A stretch of 64,000 bases of DNA from an uncultured Deinococcaceae bacterium (lineage in GTDB: Bacteria; Deinococcota; Deinococci; Deinococcales; Deinococcaceae). Positions within the stretch are counted from its first letter, which is position 1; every line of letters begins with the position of its first letter. This document shows, in pieces, positions 17,508 through 29,214 of this stretch. A model generated the notes under the pieces. It was not told the DNA's origin and ran no database searches. It was given only the letters and a program-made list of their open reading frames with translations. The position numbers were made by a program, and so were the translations under genes. The DNA lies in the NCBI GenBank assembly GCA_964252075.1, contig CAXULY010000018.1, positions 1-64,000 on the forward strand, given 5' to 3'.

Positions 17508-18485
17508 TCAGTACGCGCGGCTCAGCACCGTCACGCCGCGCGCCGCCAGCCATTCGGTGGCCGCGCCGACCGCCGCCTTCACGCCCGGCGTGATGATGGG
17601 ACCGCCGAAGCGCGCGAGCTTCACGAGGTGCGAGCCGTCCCCGCGCGGAATCACGGCGATCAGCACCTCCTGCGTGAGTTCCTGCTCCACCACGTGCGCG
17701 AGCAGGGCGTACTCGTCGCGCCGCACGCTGCGGTAGGCGTCCATCAGCACCACCGTGAAGTCCGGGCCGCGCGTGGTGTCTTTCGGGAAGTCCGCGAGGT
17801 CGAAAGGCTGGGGCAGGGTGACGGTGGCGTGCGGCAAGGCGTCCTCGCTCTCAGGGGTGTGGGGGTCGGGGCGGGTCACATCGGGCGGCGGGAGGTGCGG
17901 GTGGTGCAGCGCGCGGAAACGGGCGTGCTGCGCGCCCAGGCCGAGTTCCCGCCACTTCAGGGCGTACTTCGTTTCGAGCGCGGCGGGCGGCGGGGCGGTC
18001 ATGAGGGTCTCGAACAGCCCGGTGTCGGCCGCCTCGCGCCGCGCGAAGTCGAAGTACTCCTCGTGGTCGGTGGTGAGCCACACCTCGCCGCCCGGCGCGA
18101 GGCGGCTGGCGGCCAGCTCGAAGAAGGGGCGGCGCAGCAGCCGGTGCTCCTCGTGCCCCGCTTTCGGCCAGGGGTCCGGGAAATTCACGACGATGACGCT
18201 CAGCGCCCCCTCAGGAATCACGGCGCGCAGCAGCGGCGTGGCCTGCAGCTTCGTGAGGTGCGCGTTCGTGATGCCCGCCTGCGTGAGGCGCCGCTGCGCC
18301 TTGAGGAGGCTCACGCCGGAGAGCTCCACGCCCAGGTAGTTCGGGAAGTCCGCGTGCGGCGCGTGCGCCGTCCAGAAGCGCCCGTCCCCGAAGCCGATCT
18401 CCAGCACCCAGGGTTTCTCCGGCGCGTCCGGGTACAGGCGCGCCGCGGCGTCCGGGAAATGAAAGTCGCCCAGGCGGTAGATCAT
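17508..18485 (-). CDS. trmB: tRNA (guanine-N7)-methyltransferase
   Basis: LEIGFGDG, NFPDPWPK, TTDHEEY and TKYALKW motifs. Confidence 0.92.
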   Translation of the reverse strand: MIYRLGDFHFPDAAARLYPDAPEKPWVLEIGFGDGRFWTAHAPHADFPNYLGVELSGVSLLKAQRRLTQAGITNAHLTKLQATPLLRAVIPEGALSVIVVNFPDPWPKAGHEEHRLLRRPFFELAASRLAPGGEVWLTTDHEEYFDFARREAADTGLFETLMTAPPPAALETKYALKWRELGLGAQHARFRALHHPHLPPPDVTRPDPHTPESEDALPHATVTLPQPFDLADFPKDTTRGPDFTVVLMDAYRSVRRDEYALLAHVVEQELTQEVLIAVIPRGDGSHLVKLARFGGPIITPGVKAAVGAATEWLAARGVTVLSRAY

Positions 18486-18498
18486 GGTGTTTTCCCCC

Positions 18499-19224
18499 TC
18501 ACAGCGCCTCCGCGAGCGCGGCGGCCTCGGTCACGCAGCGCGCGTAGGTCCAGTCGCCGGGACAGCAGCGACCCACGGCGTACACGCCCTCGAAGCGCCG
18601 CAGCCGCGCGCCGTCCAGCTCGGTGGGCGCGAGCACCTGGTGGGTGACGGTGTAGGCGGGCGCGCCCTCTCCCCCCTCCGCGACCGCGTGCGCGTCCTGC
18701 AGGACCACGCCCTGCGCGCTGAGGTCGTCCGCGAGGAAGTCGTACGCGACTTCGGAAAGCCGCCCGGCGTCCTCGGTGAGGGTGCCGACCGTGAGGCGCG
18801 CGCGCAGGAAGCTGCCCACCGCGAGCACCACGGTGTTCGCGCGCAGGGCCGGTCCCTCCCAGGTGCCGAGTTCGTGCGGGGTGCCCGCGCGCAGGGCGCG
18901 CACGCAGGACTGCAGCAGGTGAATGCCGTTCGTGCGCTCAATCAGTTCCTTCAGGCGGCGGTGCACGGCCCACACGTCGCGTCGCGGCGCGGCCAGCCCA
19001 AGCGCCTGCGCCATCACGCTGCCCGGCGGGAAGGCGTCCGGCACGTCCGGCTGGTACACGTTCCCGAGCGTGTCGAGCGCCTGCGTGATGAGCAGCACGT
19101 CGCGGCCCCGCAGGGCGAGGCGGCGCGCGAGTTCGGTGCCCGCCAGTCCGGCGCCCACCACCGCCACGTCGTAGCGGTGGCCGGGCTGCGGGAGCGAGCG
19201 GGGGGCGGTGGGGCCGAACATCAA
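18499..19224 (-). CDS. Short GidA/MnmG-related FAD-dependent oxidoreductase
   Basis: VAVVGAGLAGTE Rossmann motif; VVLAVGSFL, AGRLSEVAYDFL; lacks the GidA C-terminal domains. Confidence 0.8.
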   Translation of the reverse strand: MMFGPTAPRSLPQPGHRYDVAVVGAGLAGTELARRLALRGRDVLLITQALDTLGNVYQPDVPDAFPPGSVMAQALGLAAPRRDVWAVHRRLKELIERTNGIHLLQSCVRALRAGTPHELGTWEGPALRANTVVLAVGSFLRARLTVGTLTEDAGRLSEVAYDFLADDLSAQGVVLQDAHAVAEGGEGAPAYTVTHQVLAPTELDGARLRRFEGVYAVGRCCPGDWTYARCVTEAAALAEAL

Positions 19225-19262
19225 GACGAGAGTATAGACGCCCGTCCCGCTACCCTGCGGGC

Positions 19263-20219
19263 ATGCACATCCTGATTCTGGGCGGCGGGCGCTTCGTGGG
19301 TCGGCACCTTGTGGAGGCAGCGCTGGCGGCCGGGCACCGCGTCACCACCCTCTCGCGCGGCGTCACGCCGGATGAACTGCCCGCCGAGGTGGAGCGCCTG
19401 CGCGGCGACCGCGACGGGGGCGCGGCGGGCCTCGCGGCGCTCGCGGGGCGCCGCTGGGACGCCTGCGTGGACGTGAGCGGCTACACGCCCGCGCAGGTGC
19501 GCCCCAGCGCCGAGGCCCTGCGCGGGCGTGTGGGGCGCTACGTGTTCGTGAGTTCACGCGCCGTGTACGCCGAGCCCTGCCCGCTGCCCATCACGGAGGA
19601 CCACGCGCTGCAGGCCCCCGCCGCGGAGGACGTGACGGTCGTGAACGGGAGCACCTACGGTCCCCTGAAGGTCACGTGCGAGGGCGTGGTGCGGGGCGTG
19701 TACGGGGACGCCGCGACGGTGCTGCGCCCGCAGGTGGTGGTCGGCCCGCACGACCCGAGCGTCCGCTACCCGTACTGGGTGACGCGCGCCGCGCGGGGCG
19801 GCCGCATGCTGGCGCCCGGGGACGGCGCGGCGCACCTGCAGGTCATTGACGCGCGGGACCTCGCGCGCTTCACCGTGCGGCTGGTGCAGGATGACCGCGC
19901 GGGCGTCTTCAACGTGGCGGGCCCGCGTCTGACCTGGGCGGCGTTCCTGCACGCGGCGGGCGCGCGCGAGGTGCGCTGGCTGGACCCCGCGGCCCTCGGC
20001 CCGGACCTGCTGGCCCTGGAGGAGCTGAGCCTGTTCGTGCCGGACGACAGCCCGCACGCGGGGCGCATGCACGTGAGCGCGGCGCGCGCGCTCGCGGCGG
20101 GCCTCACGCTCACGGACCCGGCCGTCACGGCGCGCGAGACGCGCGCGTGGGCGGAAGCGGCGGGCCTCACGTTCATGCTGACGCCCGAGCGGGAGGCGGC
20201 GCTCCTGGCACGCGCCTAG
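19263..20219 (+). CDS. NAD-dependent epimerase/dehydratase (extended SDR)
   Basis: ILILGGGRFVG and YGPLK motifs. Confidence 0.9.
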   Translation: MHILILGGGRFVGRHLVEAALAAGHRVTTLSRGVTPDELPAEVERLRGDRDGGAAGLAALAGRRWDACVDVSGYTPAQVRPSAEALRGRVGRYVFVSSRAVYAEPCPLPITEDHALQAPAAEDVTVVNGSTYGPLKVTCEGVVRGVYGDAATVLRPQVVVGPHDPSVRYPYWVTRAARGGRMLAPGDGAAHLQVIDARDLARFTVRLVQDDRAGVFNVAGPRLTWAAFLHAAGAREVRWLDPAALGPDLLALEELSLFVPDDSPHAGRMHVSAARALAAGLTLTDPAVTARETRAWAEAAGLTFMLTPEREAALLARA

Positions 20220-20680
20220 CCCAGCTCGTGGTACTGCCCGCGGTAGTACAGCAGCGGGTCGTCGTCGGTGTAGCGGGCGTACTCCACCTCCCCGATGTAC
20301 AGGGTGTGGTCGCCCGCCGGGTGCGCCTCCACCTTGCGGCACACCAGCTGCGCGATGGCGCCGCCGAGCATGGGGAGGCCGTCCAGGTCCACCCACACCA
20401 CGTCCAGCGCGGGGTCCGGGCGGCCCGCGAAGTGGTTGGAGTACGCGCGCTGCCCGGCCGCCAGGATGCTGATGCCGAAGCGGTCGGACTGCGCGAACAC
20501 CGCGTGCATGTGCGCGCGCTGGTCCACGCTCACCAGGATGAGGGGCGGCGTGAGGCTGACACTCAGGAAGGCGCTGGCCGTCATGCCGCGCCGTTCGCCG
20601 TCGTGGTTCACGCTCACCACCGTCACGCCGCTGGCGAAGCGGGACAGGGTTTGGCGGAACTCGTGGGGGTCGATGGGCAT
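20216..20680 (-). CDS. Flavin reductase-like protein
   Basis: FRQTLSRFASGVTVV, SVSLTPPLI and GDHTLYIGEV motifs. Confidence 0.92.
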   Translation of the reverse strand: MPIDPHEFRQTLSRFASGVTVVSVNHDGERRGMTASAFLSVSLTPPLILVSVDQRAHMHAVFAQSDRFGISILAAGQRAYSNHFAGRPDPALDVVWVDLDGLPMLGGAIAQLVCRKVEAHPAGDHTLYIGEVEYARYTDDDPLLYYRGQYHELG

Positions 20681-20738
20681 ACGGAGCAGTGTAATTCGGG
20701 CGCGGTGAGGGCCGTGCAGGTGCGCCACACTGTTGAGC

Positions 20739-20975
20739 ATGACGAGCGAGAAGCCTGACCTGAACGCGCTCACCCGCGAGGTGATGGCGCTGGCGCGCAC
20801 CGCGCGCCGCCTGGCGGAGCAGGGCCGCAACCCGGTGGCGGCGCAGAGCGCCGAGCATTTCCTGCAGGGCGCGAGCGATGCCTACCGCAGCAAGGACGCC
20901 GACCACCTGCAGAAGAACCTCGCGGCGCTGCGCCTGCTGGTGGAGGAGCTGCGCGCCCGCACCCCGCAGGCCTGA
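20739..20975 (+). CDS. Small hypothetical helical protein
   Basis: 78-aa ORF with host-like codon usage, divergent from the flavin reductase. Confidence 0.6.
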   Translation: MTSEKPDLNALTREVMALARTARRLAEQGRNPVAAQSAEHFLQGASDAYRSKDADHLQKNLAALRLLVEELRARTPQA

Positions 20976-21275
20976 TCTGCAAGCCCACGCTGGGTTGCGC
21001 GACACCTGACGGCGTCCGTCAGACATGAAGACGCCCGGCAAGATGAGACGCGCATTCAGGCGCGGGCGTTTACTGTTGAGGCCGATGCGGAGGGCGTGGA
21101 GCGGGGATTGCCCTGAAAATGTCGTGTGGGTCGGGATCGCACCGCAAGTTGAACAGACGTTGAAGCAGTGTTGAGATTGCGGTTCAGTCTACGTTTGGGC
21201 CATTTGACCCGTCTCATTCTCTAGGCACGAACGCGCAGCGGAACAAGCGGCGCAAATCACCAGAGGAGGCAAGTT

Positions 21276-21542
21276 ATGTCCTGGATTGTGACCATAATCG
21301 TCGGTGCGCTCTGTGGTTGGATCGCCAGCATCATCATGAAGACGAACGCCCAGCAGGGCGCGATCGCCAACATCCTGATCGGCATCATTGGCGCCGTGCT
21401 CGCCAACTGGCTGTTCGGCTCGGTGCTGAACATTGGCTCGGCGGGCGCCACGGGCTCCTTCAGCTTCTGGGGCATCCTGTGGGGCATCATCGGTTCGGTC
21501 ATCCTGATCGCGATCCTGAAGGCCCTGCGCGTCTTAAGGTAG
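21276..21542 (+). CDS. GlsB/YeaQ/YmgE (transglycosylase-associated) membrane protein
   Basis: [16 protein letters not shown]...[19 protein letters not shown]; downstream terminator at ~21560-21588. Confidence 0.9.
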   Translation: MSWIVTIIVGALCGWIASIIMKTNAQQGAIANILIGIIGAVLANWLFGSVLNIGSAGATGSFSFWGILWGIIGSVILIAILKALRVLR

Positions 21543-21712
21543 CAGCCTGACAAATCGGTGCGGGCGGGGGTTTCCCCGCCCGCTTTCATGTGCCCTTGCC
21601 GGGGCACATGCGTGTGCTATACTCGCAAGGCTTGTCTGGTGTAGGCGCCAGATGGATGACAGCAGCAGCTGATGATCAGGCGTTGCTGGATGGTCAGGAG
21701 GACGTGAGCGTT

Positions 21713-21934
21713 ATGGCGAAAGTGTGCGAATTGTGCGGTAAGGGGCCGATCGTGGTCAACGCGGTCACCCGCCGTGGTAAGGCGAGGGCGGCAGGTGGCG
21801 TGGGTCGCAAGACCACCGGCATCTCCAAGGCACGTCAGCTCCCCAACCTGCAGCCCGTGCGGATCCGCAAGGACGGCGCGATGCTGCGGCTGCGGGTCTG
21901 CACCAAGTGCCTCAAGAGCGTTCACACGCTCTGA
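21713..21934 (+). CDS. rpmB: 50S ribosomal protein L28 (Zn-binding type)
   Basis: [10 protein letters not shown]...[17 protein letters not shown]...PNLQ...VCTKCLK. Confidence 0.95.
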   Translation: MAKVCELCGKGPIVVNAVTRRGKARAAGGVGRKTTGISKARQLPNLQPVRIRKDGAMLRLRVCTKCLKSVHTL

Positions 21935-22027
21935 GAGGCGGTTTCCAGGCGCCCCCAGCCAACGGCTGAGGGGCGCTTTCCTTGTCTGATTCTCACCCGT
22001 CGCCGGTATGCTTTGAGACGCTTCCCT

Positions 22028-22741
22028 ATGCGTCCAGCCGCTCGCACCGCCGTCACCTTGTTCGCCGCCACCCTGGGGTTGGCCCTCGCGCAAGGGGACT
22101 ACAACCGCGCGCGCGTGCAGGGCCTGCTGCCGCAGAACGGGCAGGGCGCCACCATGCTGCTCTGGACGCGCCAGCCGCAGGTGGAAGTCATCAGTCAGCG
22201 CATCGCGCAGGCGGGCCGCCTGGACCCCGCGTGGTTCCGCGCGTACTTCGCGAGCGTCTCACCGGGCGCCGCGCCCCCCTACGACGCGCGCCTGAACGAG
22301 GTGGGCGTCTCGCCGCAGGACTATCAGCTGTGGCTGACCTTCCGCAGCCGCGTGAGCCTCACCGACACCGGTCGGCAGGTGCGCCTGAACGTGGTGCGCA
22401 GCGGCAACCGCGTGATCTTCAGCCCCTCGCCGGGCACGGAGGCCCTCAGCGGCCTGAGCCTCGACCTGGCGAGCGGTGAGCTGCGCACGCCCGAGGGTTT
22501 CAGCGGCAAGCCGCATGCCGTGCAGGTGAACGCCGCCAACGACGCCTTTGGCATTGGCGCGCGCAGCGGGTACGGCTGGGCGGTGCAGGGCTCGAACCCC
22601 AGGACGCAGAACGCCATCCGCGCGAACCTGACCTTGGTGCAGCTGTCGGACGGCGGCGTGCTGCTCAGCTACAACCGCGTCTCGATCCTGGCGGGGCGCA
22701 CGCAGCCGGAAGTCGCCCTGAACCTGCGCTACCAGAAATAG
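22028..22741 (+). CDS. Secreted hypothetical protein
   Basis: Signal peptide ending LGLALA; host-like codon usage. Confidence 0.65.
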   Translation: MRPAARTAVTLFAATLGLALAQGDYNRARVQGLLPQNGQGATMLLWTRQPQVEVISQRIAQAGRLDPAWFRAYFASVSPGAAPPYDARLNEVGVSPQDYQLWLTFRSRVSLTDTGRQVRLNVVRSGNRVIFSPSPGTEALSGLSLDLASGELRTPEGFSGKPHAVQVNAANDAFGIGARSGYGWAVQGSNPRTQNAIRANLTLVQLSDGGVLLSYNRVSILAGRTQPEVALNLRYQK

Positions 22742-22770
22742 CCGCGCGGCTGGGCGGGTATGGTGGGGGC

Positions 22771-23808
22771 GTGAGCCGCATCGACCTTGCCTTCACCACG
22801 GACTTCCTGCTGAGCCTCCTGAACACCCCGAGCCCCACGGGCTTCACCGACCGCGCCGTGCGCCTCGTGGAGCGCGAACTGAGCGCCCTGAACGTCACGG
22901 GCGAACGCACCCGCAAGGGCGCCCTGCGCTGGACAGTGCCGGGCGCGCCGGGCGGGCGGCACGTGACCTTCAGCGCGCACGTGGACACCCTGGGCGCCAT
23001 GGTCAAGACCCTGAAGCCCAATGGGCGCCTGACCCTCACGCAGATCGGCGGGTACGACTGGGGGACCGTGGAGGGCGCGTACGTGCGCGTGCACACGCAA
23101 GCGGGCCGCGAGGTGACGGGCACCATCGTGAACACCAAGCAGAGCACGCACGTGTGGGGCCAGGAACTGCGCGACCTGAAGCGCGACGCGCACAACCTGG
23201 AGGTGCGCCTGGATGAAATGACGGACAGCGCCGCCGGGACGCGCGCACTCGGCATTGAGGTGGGGGACTTCGTGAGTTTCGAGCCGCGCGCGGAGCTCAC
23301 ACCGAGCGGGTACCTGAAGTCCCGGCACCTGGACAACAAGGCCGCCGTCGCGATCTTCCTGGCGGTCACGCGCGCGTTGCAGGCGCAGGCGGCGCCCTTC
23401 ACGGCGAGTTTCTACATCAGCACCTACGAGGAGGTCGGGCACGGCGCAGCGACCGGCATTCCCGCCGCGACGGACGAACTGATCGCGGTGGACATGGCGA
23501 CCATCGGGGAGGGCCAGAACAGCAGCGAGCACCACGTGACCCTGTGCGTGAAGGACAGCAGCGGTCCTTACGACCACGCGCTCGGGAACCGCCTGCGGGT
23601 GGCGGCGGCGCGCGCGGGCCTTGAGCTGCGCGTGGACATCTACCCGTACTACGGCAGCGACGCGAGCGCCGCGTGGCGCGCGGGCGGCGATTACCCCGCC
23701 GCACTGATCGGGCCGGGCGTGGACGCCAGCCACGCCTACGAGCGCATGCACACGGACTCGCTCGTGGCGACGGCGGACCTGATGCTGGCGTACCTGCAGG
23801 GCGAGTGA
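22771..23808 (+). CDS. M42-family metallopeptidase
   Basis: SAHVDTLG, RHLDNK, YEEVGHG and SHAYER motifs. Confidence 0.92.
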   Translation: MSRIDLAFTTDFLLSLLNTPSPTGFTDRAVRLVERELSALNVTGERTRKGALRWTVPGAPGGRHVTFSAHVDTLGAMVKTLKPNGRLTLTQIGGYDWGTVEGAYVRVHTQAGREVTGTIVNTKQSTHVWGQELRDLKRDAHNLEVRLDEMTDSAAGTRALGIEVGDFVSFEPRAELTPSGYLKSRHLDNKAAVAIFLAVTRALQAQAAPFTASFYISTYEEVGHGAATGIPAATDELIAVDMATIGEGQNSSEHHVTLCVKDSSGPYDHALGNRLRVAAARAGLELRVDIYPYYGSDASAAWRAGGDYPAALIGPGVDASHAYERMHTDSLVATADLMLAYLQGE

Positions 23809-23842
23809 CGGCGGGCCGGGCCGCTTGGCCCGGCCCGCGCGG

Positions 23843-25030
23843 TCAGGCGTTCCCGACGGACAGGGTGAGGCCCCGCAGTTCGTAGCCCTCGATGAGGTCG
23901 TTGCGCGCCACGCGCGGCAGGGCTTCCACGCGCAGGTCGCGCAGCCACAGCAGGCGCCGCAGGAAGATGTCGGACTCCTGAATCGCGATGTACGCGCCGG
24001 GGCAGCGGTGGTGCCCGTCCCCGAAGGACATCACCTGCCCCTGCACGCCGCGCGGCAGGCTGCGCGCCGGGCACACCGCGAGCGGGTCGGCACCCACCAC
24101 GGCCTCGTCGGCGTTCGCGTCGTACACGTGCACGGCCAGCAGGCTGCCCTCGGGCACCGTCACGCCGTCCAGGGTCAGATCGCCCGTGGCGCGGCGGTAC
24201 AGGGTCGCGACGACCGGTTCCAGGCGCAGGATCTCCAGCAGGATGGCGTGGCGCTCCGGCTCGCTGCTGTGCAGGTACTGGTGGCGCAGCTCAGGCTGCT
24301 CCATGAGGTGCCACGTCGCCACCGTGATGAACTCCCGCGTGGTGACCATGCCCGCCGTGCCGTACGTCACGCACTCCGTGAGGATCTCCAGGTCGTTGTA
24401 GTTCTTGGTGAGGAGGTGCGAGATCACGTCGTCCTGCGGCTGGCGGCGGCGCGCCTTGATGGCGGGCTTCACATCGAGCGCCAGGAAGCCCAGCACCTGC
24501 GCCTGGTTCGCGAAGGCCGCGAGCTTGCGCGCGGCGGGGCTGGCGGGCGGCTCGCCGTGCTCCACGAAGCGCGCGATGCGGCCCGCCATGCCGGGCAGCA
24601 GGCTGTCCGTGAGGCCCACCACGCGCGCCGCGACCTGCACGGCCATGCGCAGGCTCAGGTCGTCGAGGTTCGCGCGGCCGCGCTGCACGAGTTCCCCCAC
24701 GAGGTCGTCCGCGAGGCGCTCCATCATGTGGCGGTACCCGGCGACGGTGGCGGGCGTGAAGTACCGGGCGGTCTGGCGGCGCATCTCGTGGTGCTGCTCG
24801 CCCTCCGCGAACAGCACGGGCTGGTTGGCGAGGCCCGGCACGTCCCGCACGGACTCGCTCATGAAGCCCGCCTGCCGCACCGCCTCGCTGCGCAGCACCT
24901 CGCGCGCCGCCTGGAAGTCATGCACGTGGTACGTGCCGCTGGCGTCCTGCTGCACGCCGCGCGCGGCGTCAGGCTGGTCGAGTCGGGTCTTCTGGCTGTG
25001 GTGCGGGTACGGGCAGCGCGCTTCGGTCAT
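23843..25030 (-). CDS. Cytochrome P450
   Basis: EILR (ExxR) and [11 protein letters not shown] heme-binding motifs. Confidence 0.95.
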   Translation of the reverse strand: MTEARCPYPHHSQKTRLDQPDAARGVQQDASGTYHVHDFQAAREVLRSEAVRQAGFMSESVRDVPGLANQPVLFAEGEQHHEMRRQTARYFTPATVAGYRHMMERLADDLVGELVQRGRANLDDLSLRMAVQVAARVVGLTDSLLPGMAGRIARFVEHGEPPASPAARKLAAFANQAQVLGFLALDVKPAIKARRRQPQDDVISHLLTKNYNDLEILTECVTYGTAGMVTTREFITVATWHLMEQPELRHQYLHSSEPERHAILLEILRLEPVVATLYRRATGDLTLDGVTVPEGSLLAVHVYDANADEAVVGADPLAVCPARSLPRGVQGQVMSFGDGHHRCPGAYIAIQESDIFLRRLLWLRDLRVEALPRVARNDLIEGYELRGLTLSVGNA

Positions 25031-25490
25031 GGGGGTCCTCCGGGGGGGTGATGGGTGGGGTGGTGGAGGCGCGCAGCAGCTCGGCGAGCAGGTCGGTCAG
25101 CTGCGCTTCGCGGCCCTCCAGGCGGTTCAGCAGGGGTTGCACGAGGTCGTCCACGGTGCCGAGCGTGGCGCCCAGCAGCGCGTGGCCCGCGGGCGTGAGG
25201 TGGTAGATCTGGCGGCGGGCGTCCTGCGGGTCGGGCGCGTGCGTGACGGCGCCGAGGGCGTTCAGGCGCTCCAGCGTGCGGCTGACGACGTACTTCGGCA
25301 GGGACAGCGCGCGGGCGAGGTCGCCGGGCGTGCGGCAGTCCGGCTCCATGAGCTGCCCGAGCGCGATGAAGTCGCGCAGGTCCAGGCCGTGGCGGGCCTG
25401 CAGGTGATCCTCGACGCGCGCGGAGAGCGCGCGCTGCACCTGCCAGTAGGCGTGCAGGAAGCGCAGCGAGGGGCGGTCCAGGTCAGCCAC
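24969..25490 (-). CDS. MarR-family regulator
   Basis: TPGDLARAL...VSRTLERL...[16 protein letters not shown]. Confidence 0.88.
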   Translation of the reverse strand: MADLDRPSLRFLHAYWQVQRALSARVEDHLQARHGLDLRDFIALGQLMEPDCRTPGDLARALSLPKYVVSRTLERLNALGAVTHAPDPQDARRQIYHLTPAGHALLGATLGTVDDLVQPLLNRLEGREAQLTDLLAELLRASTTPPITPPEDPHDRSALPVPAPQPEDPTRPA

Positions 25491-25613
25491 CCTTCAACTG
25501 TTGCACATTGCAACCATTGCACGCATGAATGCAGGCTGAACGACCGGCAACTTTCGCGCGGCAGAAGTCGTAAGGTGTCTTAAAGACCAATTGAGCGCAG
25601 GAAGGAGCAGGCC

Positions 25614-26177
<564 letters not shown>

Positions 26178-26221
26178 GGGACTGAAGCGGAGGGCGGGGG
26201 CGCATGCCCCCGCCCTCCGCT

Positions 26222-26854
26222 TCAGTCCAGCGTGACGGGGCCCGCTGGGGTGAGCAGCGTGGCCTGCAGGCCGGGCGTGTCGGCCCGCTCCACCCGCACG
26301 CGCAGGCCCAGCGCCCCGAGCGCCTTGCCGATGCGCTCGGGGGCGGGCATGAGCAGGGACAGGTCCTGCAGGCGCACGCCCACGTCCGGGAGGCGGGTGG
26401 TGGGGTGCGGGCTGCCCTCCCACGCGATCAGGCTGGGCAGCACGCCGCCCAGCGGCAGGCGCCCGTCGTCCGGGACGCTCAGCGACCAGTGCAGGTCCCC
26501 GCGCGTGAGCGCGAGCGCCGCGCCGTGGTCCTCGGGGCTCACGCGCAGCGCCTCCCGGAGGTCCGGCACCTGCGCCACCCAGTGCATCAGGTGCGGGCGC
26601 TCCGCGAGGCGCGCCTGAACCTCCGGCGTGTCCAGCCCGAACCAGCGCGGGCGCTCGGGGGCGGGCGCCTCCGGGTTCACGGCGATGACCTCCAGGTACG
26701 CGCCGTCATTCAGGCGCAGCAGGTGGTTGTGCGTGCCGAAGCGCGCGTGCTCGCCGCCCGGCGCGAGCGGCACGCCGAGGCGCGCCTCCAGCCACGCGCG
26801 GCCGGAGGGCAGGTCGCGCGCCGCCACCACGAGGTGATCGAGGGTGGCCGTCAC
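26222..26854 (-). CDS. VOC/glyoxalase-like family protein
   Basis: LDHLVV...[23 protein letters not shown]. Confidence 0.88.
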   Translation of the reverse strand: MTATLDHLVVAARDLPSGRAWLEARLGVPLAPGGEHARFGTHNHLLRLNDGAYLEVIAVNPEAPAPERPRWFGLDTPEVQARLAERPHLMHWVAQVPDLREALRVSPEDHGAALALTRGDLHWSLSVPDDGRLPLGGVLPSLIAWEGSPHPTTRLPDVGVRLQDLSLLMPAPERIGKALGALGLRVRVERADTPGLQATLLTPAGPVTLD

Positions 26855-27564
26855 GGCTGCACCCCCCACGCGCACAGCAGCTCCACCACGTCTGCCGGGG
26901 TGTCGAGCCGCAGGGGCGCGAGGGTGTCGCCCTCCCCCACCTTCACGGCCACGCCGCCCAGGTCCCGCATGGCGGCGAAGCCCTCCTCGTCCGTCGCGTC
27001 GTCCCCGATGAAGACCGGCAGGTGCTCCGGGTGCGCGCCCGCGAGGCGCTGGGCGGCGCGGCCCTTCCCGAAGCCCTCCGGGCGGTACTCGCGCACCAGC
27101 TTGCCGTTCACGGCCTCCCAGCCTGCGGGCAGCGCCACGCGCTCCAGGCGCGCCTCGACGCCCGCGCGCTCCTCGGGCTGCACGTTGCGGTAATGCACGG
27201 CGAGGGTGTAGGTCTTGTCCTCCAGCCGGAAGCCGTGCACGGTCGGCATCTGCCGCGCGAGCGCCGCGATGGCCGCGCGGTCCGCGGGCGGCGGCGGGGC
27301 GTCCGGCCACTCCATGCCGTGCAGGCCCACCACCGTGAGGTCCGGGAGGTTCAGGAAGGCCTGCACCTGCGAGATGCGCCGCCCCGTCACGACCGCCACC
27401 CGGTGCCGCGGGTGGTGCAGCAGGCGCGCGAGGGCCGTACGCGCGCCCGGCTCCGGGTATGCCTCGGGCGGGCGCGGCGCGATGGGGGCGAGCGTGCCGT
27501 CGTAATCGCTCATGACGAGCAGCGGGCGGTGCTGGAGGGTGGTGAGTTCAGGGGGCAGCGGCAT
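26851..27564 (-). CDS. otsB: Trehalose-6-phosphate phosphatase
   Basis: HAD motifs DYDGTL, VVTGR and FIGDDATDE. Confidence 0.93.
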   Translation of the reverse strand: MPLPPELTTLQHRPLLVMSDYDGTLAPIAPRPPEAYPEPGARTALARLLHHPRHRVAVVTGRRISQVQAFLNLPDLTVVGLHGMEWPDAPPPPADRAAIAALARQMPTVHGFRLEDKTYTLAVHYRNVQPEERAGVEARLERVALPAGWEAVNGKLVREYRPEGFGKGRAAQRLAGAHPEHLPVFIGDDATDEEGFAAMRDLGGVAVKVGEGDTLAPLRLDTPADVVELLCAWGVQP

Positions 27565-28939
27565 GGTCGTCTCCCGACAGGTCCTGCAGGAAGCGGTCCG
27601 CCCAGGTGGCGAGGTCGTGCTGGCGGAGTTCCGCGCGCATCTGCGCGAGGCGCGCCTGCTTCTCGATGAGGGGCATCTGCATGGCCTGCAGCAGCGTCGC
27701 GGCGAGGCCGTCGTGGTCGTAGGGGTTCGCGAGGATCGCGCCGTGCATCTCGGCGGCGGCGCCCGCGAAGCGCGAGAGGATCAGGGCGCCGTCGCGGGAG
27801 CTCGCCACGAATTCCTTCGCGACGAGGTTCAGGCCGTCGCGCAGCGGCGTGACGAGCATCACGTCCGCCGCGCGGTAGTGTGCGACGAGCTCCTCGCGCG
27901 CAAGGCCGCGGTACAGGTAATGGATGGGCGTCCAGCCGTCGCGCGCGTGCTTGCCGTTGATGCGCCCCACGAGGCCCTCCACCTGCGCGCGCAGCTGCCG
28001 GTAGCTCTCCACCCGCTCGCGGCTGGGGACGGCCACCTGCACCAGCGTGACCTGCGTGGCCGCCTGCGGGTTGCGGTCGAGGAAGGCGTCGAAGGCCTCC
28101 AGGCGCTCGGGGATACCTTTGGTGTAGTCCAGGCGGTCCACGCCGAGCAGCATCATGGTCTGCAGCCCGCGCCGGATGCGGTCGGCGGCGTCCTGGACCT
28201 CCGGGCTGTTCGCGAGGTGCTCGAAGGCGTCCGCCTCGATGCCGATGGGGCGCGCCTCCACCCGCACGCGCCGCCCGTTCAGGCTGACGCCGCCAGCGTC
28301 CACGTCCAGGCCCAGCACCTGACGGCAGGCGTACTGGAAGTGCCCCACGTACTCCGGGGTGTGCATGCCGATCAGGTCCGCGCCCAGGATGCCCGCGAGC
28401 ACCTGGCGGTCCCAGGGGAGCGTCCGGAAGACCTCCGAGGACGGCCACGGGATGTGCCAGAAGAAACCGATGCGGGCGTCCGGGAGCGCCTCGCGCAGCA
28501 TGCCGGGCACCAGCGCGAGCTGGTAGTCGTGCACCCAGATGGTGTCGCCGGGCGTGTAGCGGTCGATGGCGGCCTGCGCGAAGCGGCGGTTCACGGCCTC
28601 GTAGGCCTGCCAGGAGGCGCGCAGGTAGCGGGTGCGCTCGATGAAGTAGTGACTCATGGGCCACAGCGCGCGGTTGGAGAAGCCGTAGTAGAAGTCCCGC
28701 ACCTCCGTCTCGCTGAGGCGGATGCGCTCCAGGCGGTAGCGGGGCGCTTCGGGCGGGAGGTCCACGCTGGCGATCTGGCCCTGCTGCTCGCCCCAGGCGA
28801 TCCAGGTGCCGCCTAGGCGCTGCAGGGCCGGGTCGAGCGCGGCGGTGAGGCCGCCGATGGACGGCGTCCAGCGCACCTGTCCGTCCTCGGCGCGGCGGGG
28901 CGCGTAGGGTTCGCGGTTCGAGATGACGATGAGGCCCAC
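27548..28939 (-). CDS. otsA: Trehalose-6-phosphate synthase
   Basis: ISNREP, IWVHDYQL, HIPWP, GVDRLDYTKG and RDGLNLVAKEF motifs. Confidence 0.95.
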   Translation of the reverse strand: MGLIVISNREPYAPRRAEDGQVRWTPSIGGLTAALDPALQRLGGTWIAWGEQQGQIASVDLPPEAPRYRLERIRLSETEVRDFYYGFSNRALWPMSHYFIERTRYLRASWQAYEAVNRRFAQAAIDRYTPGDTIWVHDYQLALVPGMLREALPDARIGFFWHIPWPSSEVFRTLPWDRQVLAGILGADLIGMHTPEYVGHFQYACRQVLGLDVDAGGVSLNGRRVRVEARPIGIEADAFEHLANSPEVQDAADRIRRGLQTMMLLGVDRLDYTKGIPERLEAFDAFLDRNPQAATQVTLVQVAVPSRERVESYRQLRAQVEGLVGRINGKHARDGWTPIHYLYRGLAREELVAHYRAADVMLVTPLRDGLNLVAKEFVASSRDGALILSRFAGAAAEMHGAILANPYDHDGLAATLLQAMQMPLIEKQARLAQMRAELRQHDLATWADRFLQDLSGDDHAAAP

Positions 28940-29214
28940 AGCCACCCTCCTTTTCAGCCGACTTGCCCGCAATGGCGTGCAGGGCGGGGTGCAGCCTAGC
29001 GATGATACGGGAGGGCGGGCGCGCGCGGGCCGGACCTTCAAGCGTTGATGAACGCCCGGCGGGTGGGCACAGGCCATAAAAAAAGCCGCCCTGCTCAGGC
29101 GGTGATAAAAGAAAGATAGCGCGGTATGCAGGGCTGGTCAAGGGGATGCAGCGGCCCGGGATGGTGGGGGATGCACTGGTTGGGCGGCGCTCCAGGCGTT
29201 ATGCTGTCAACAGA

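Noticed and set aside
24969..25048. 62-nt overlap of marR with the P450 gene suggesting a frameshift in the G-runs
   Set aside because: The MarR domain is complete and both genes are readable; I cannot distinguish a natural extension from a homopolymer error.
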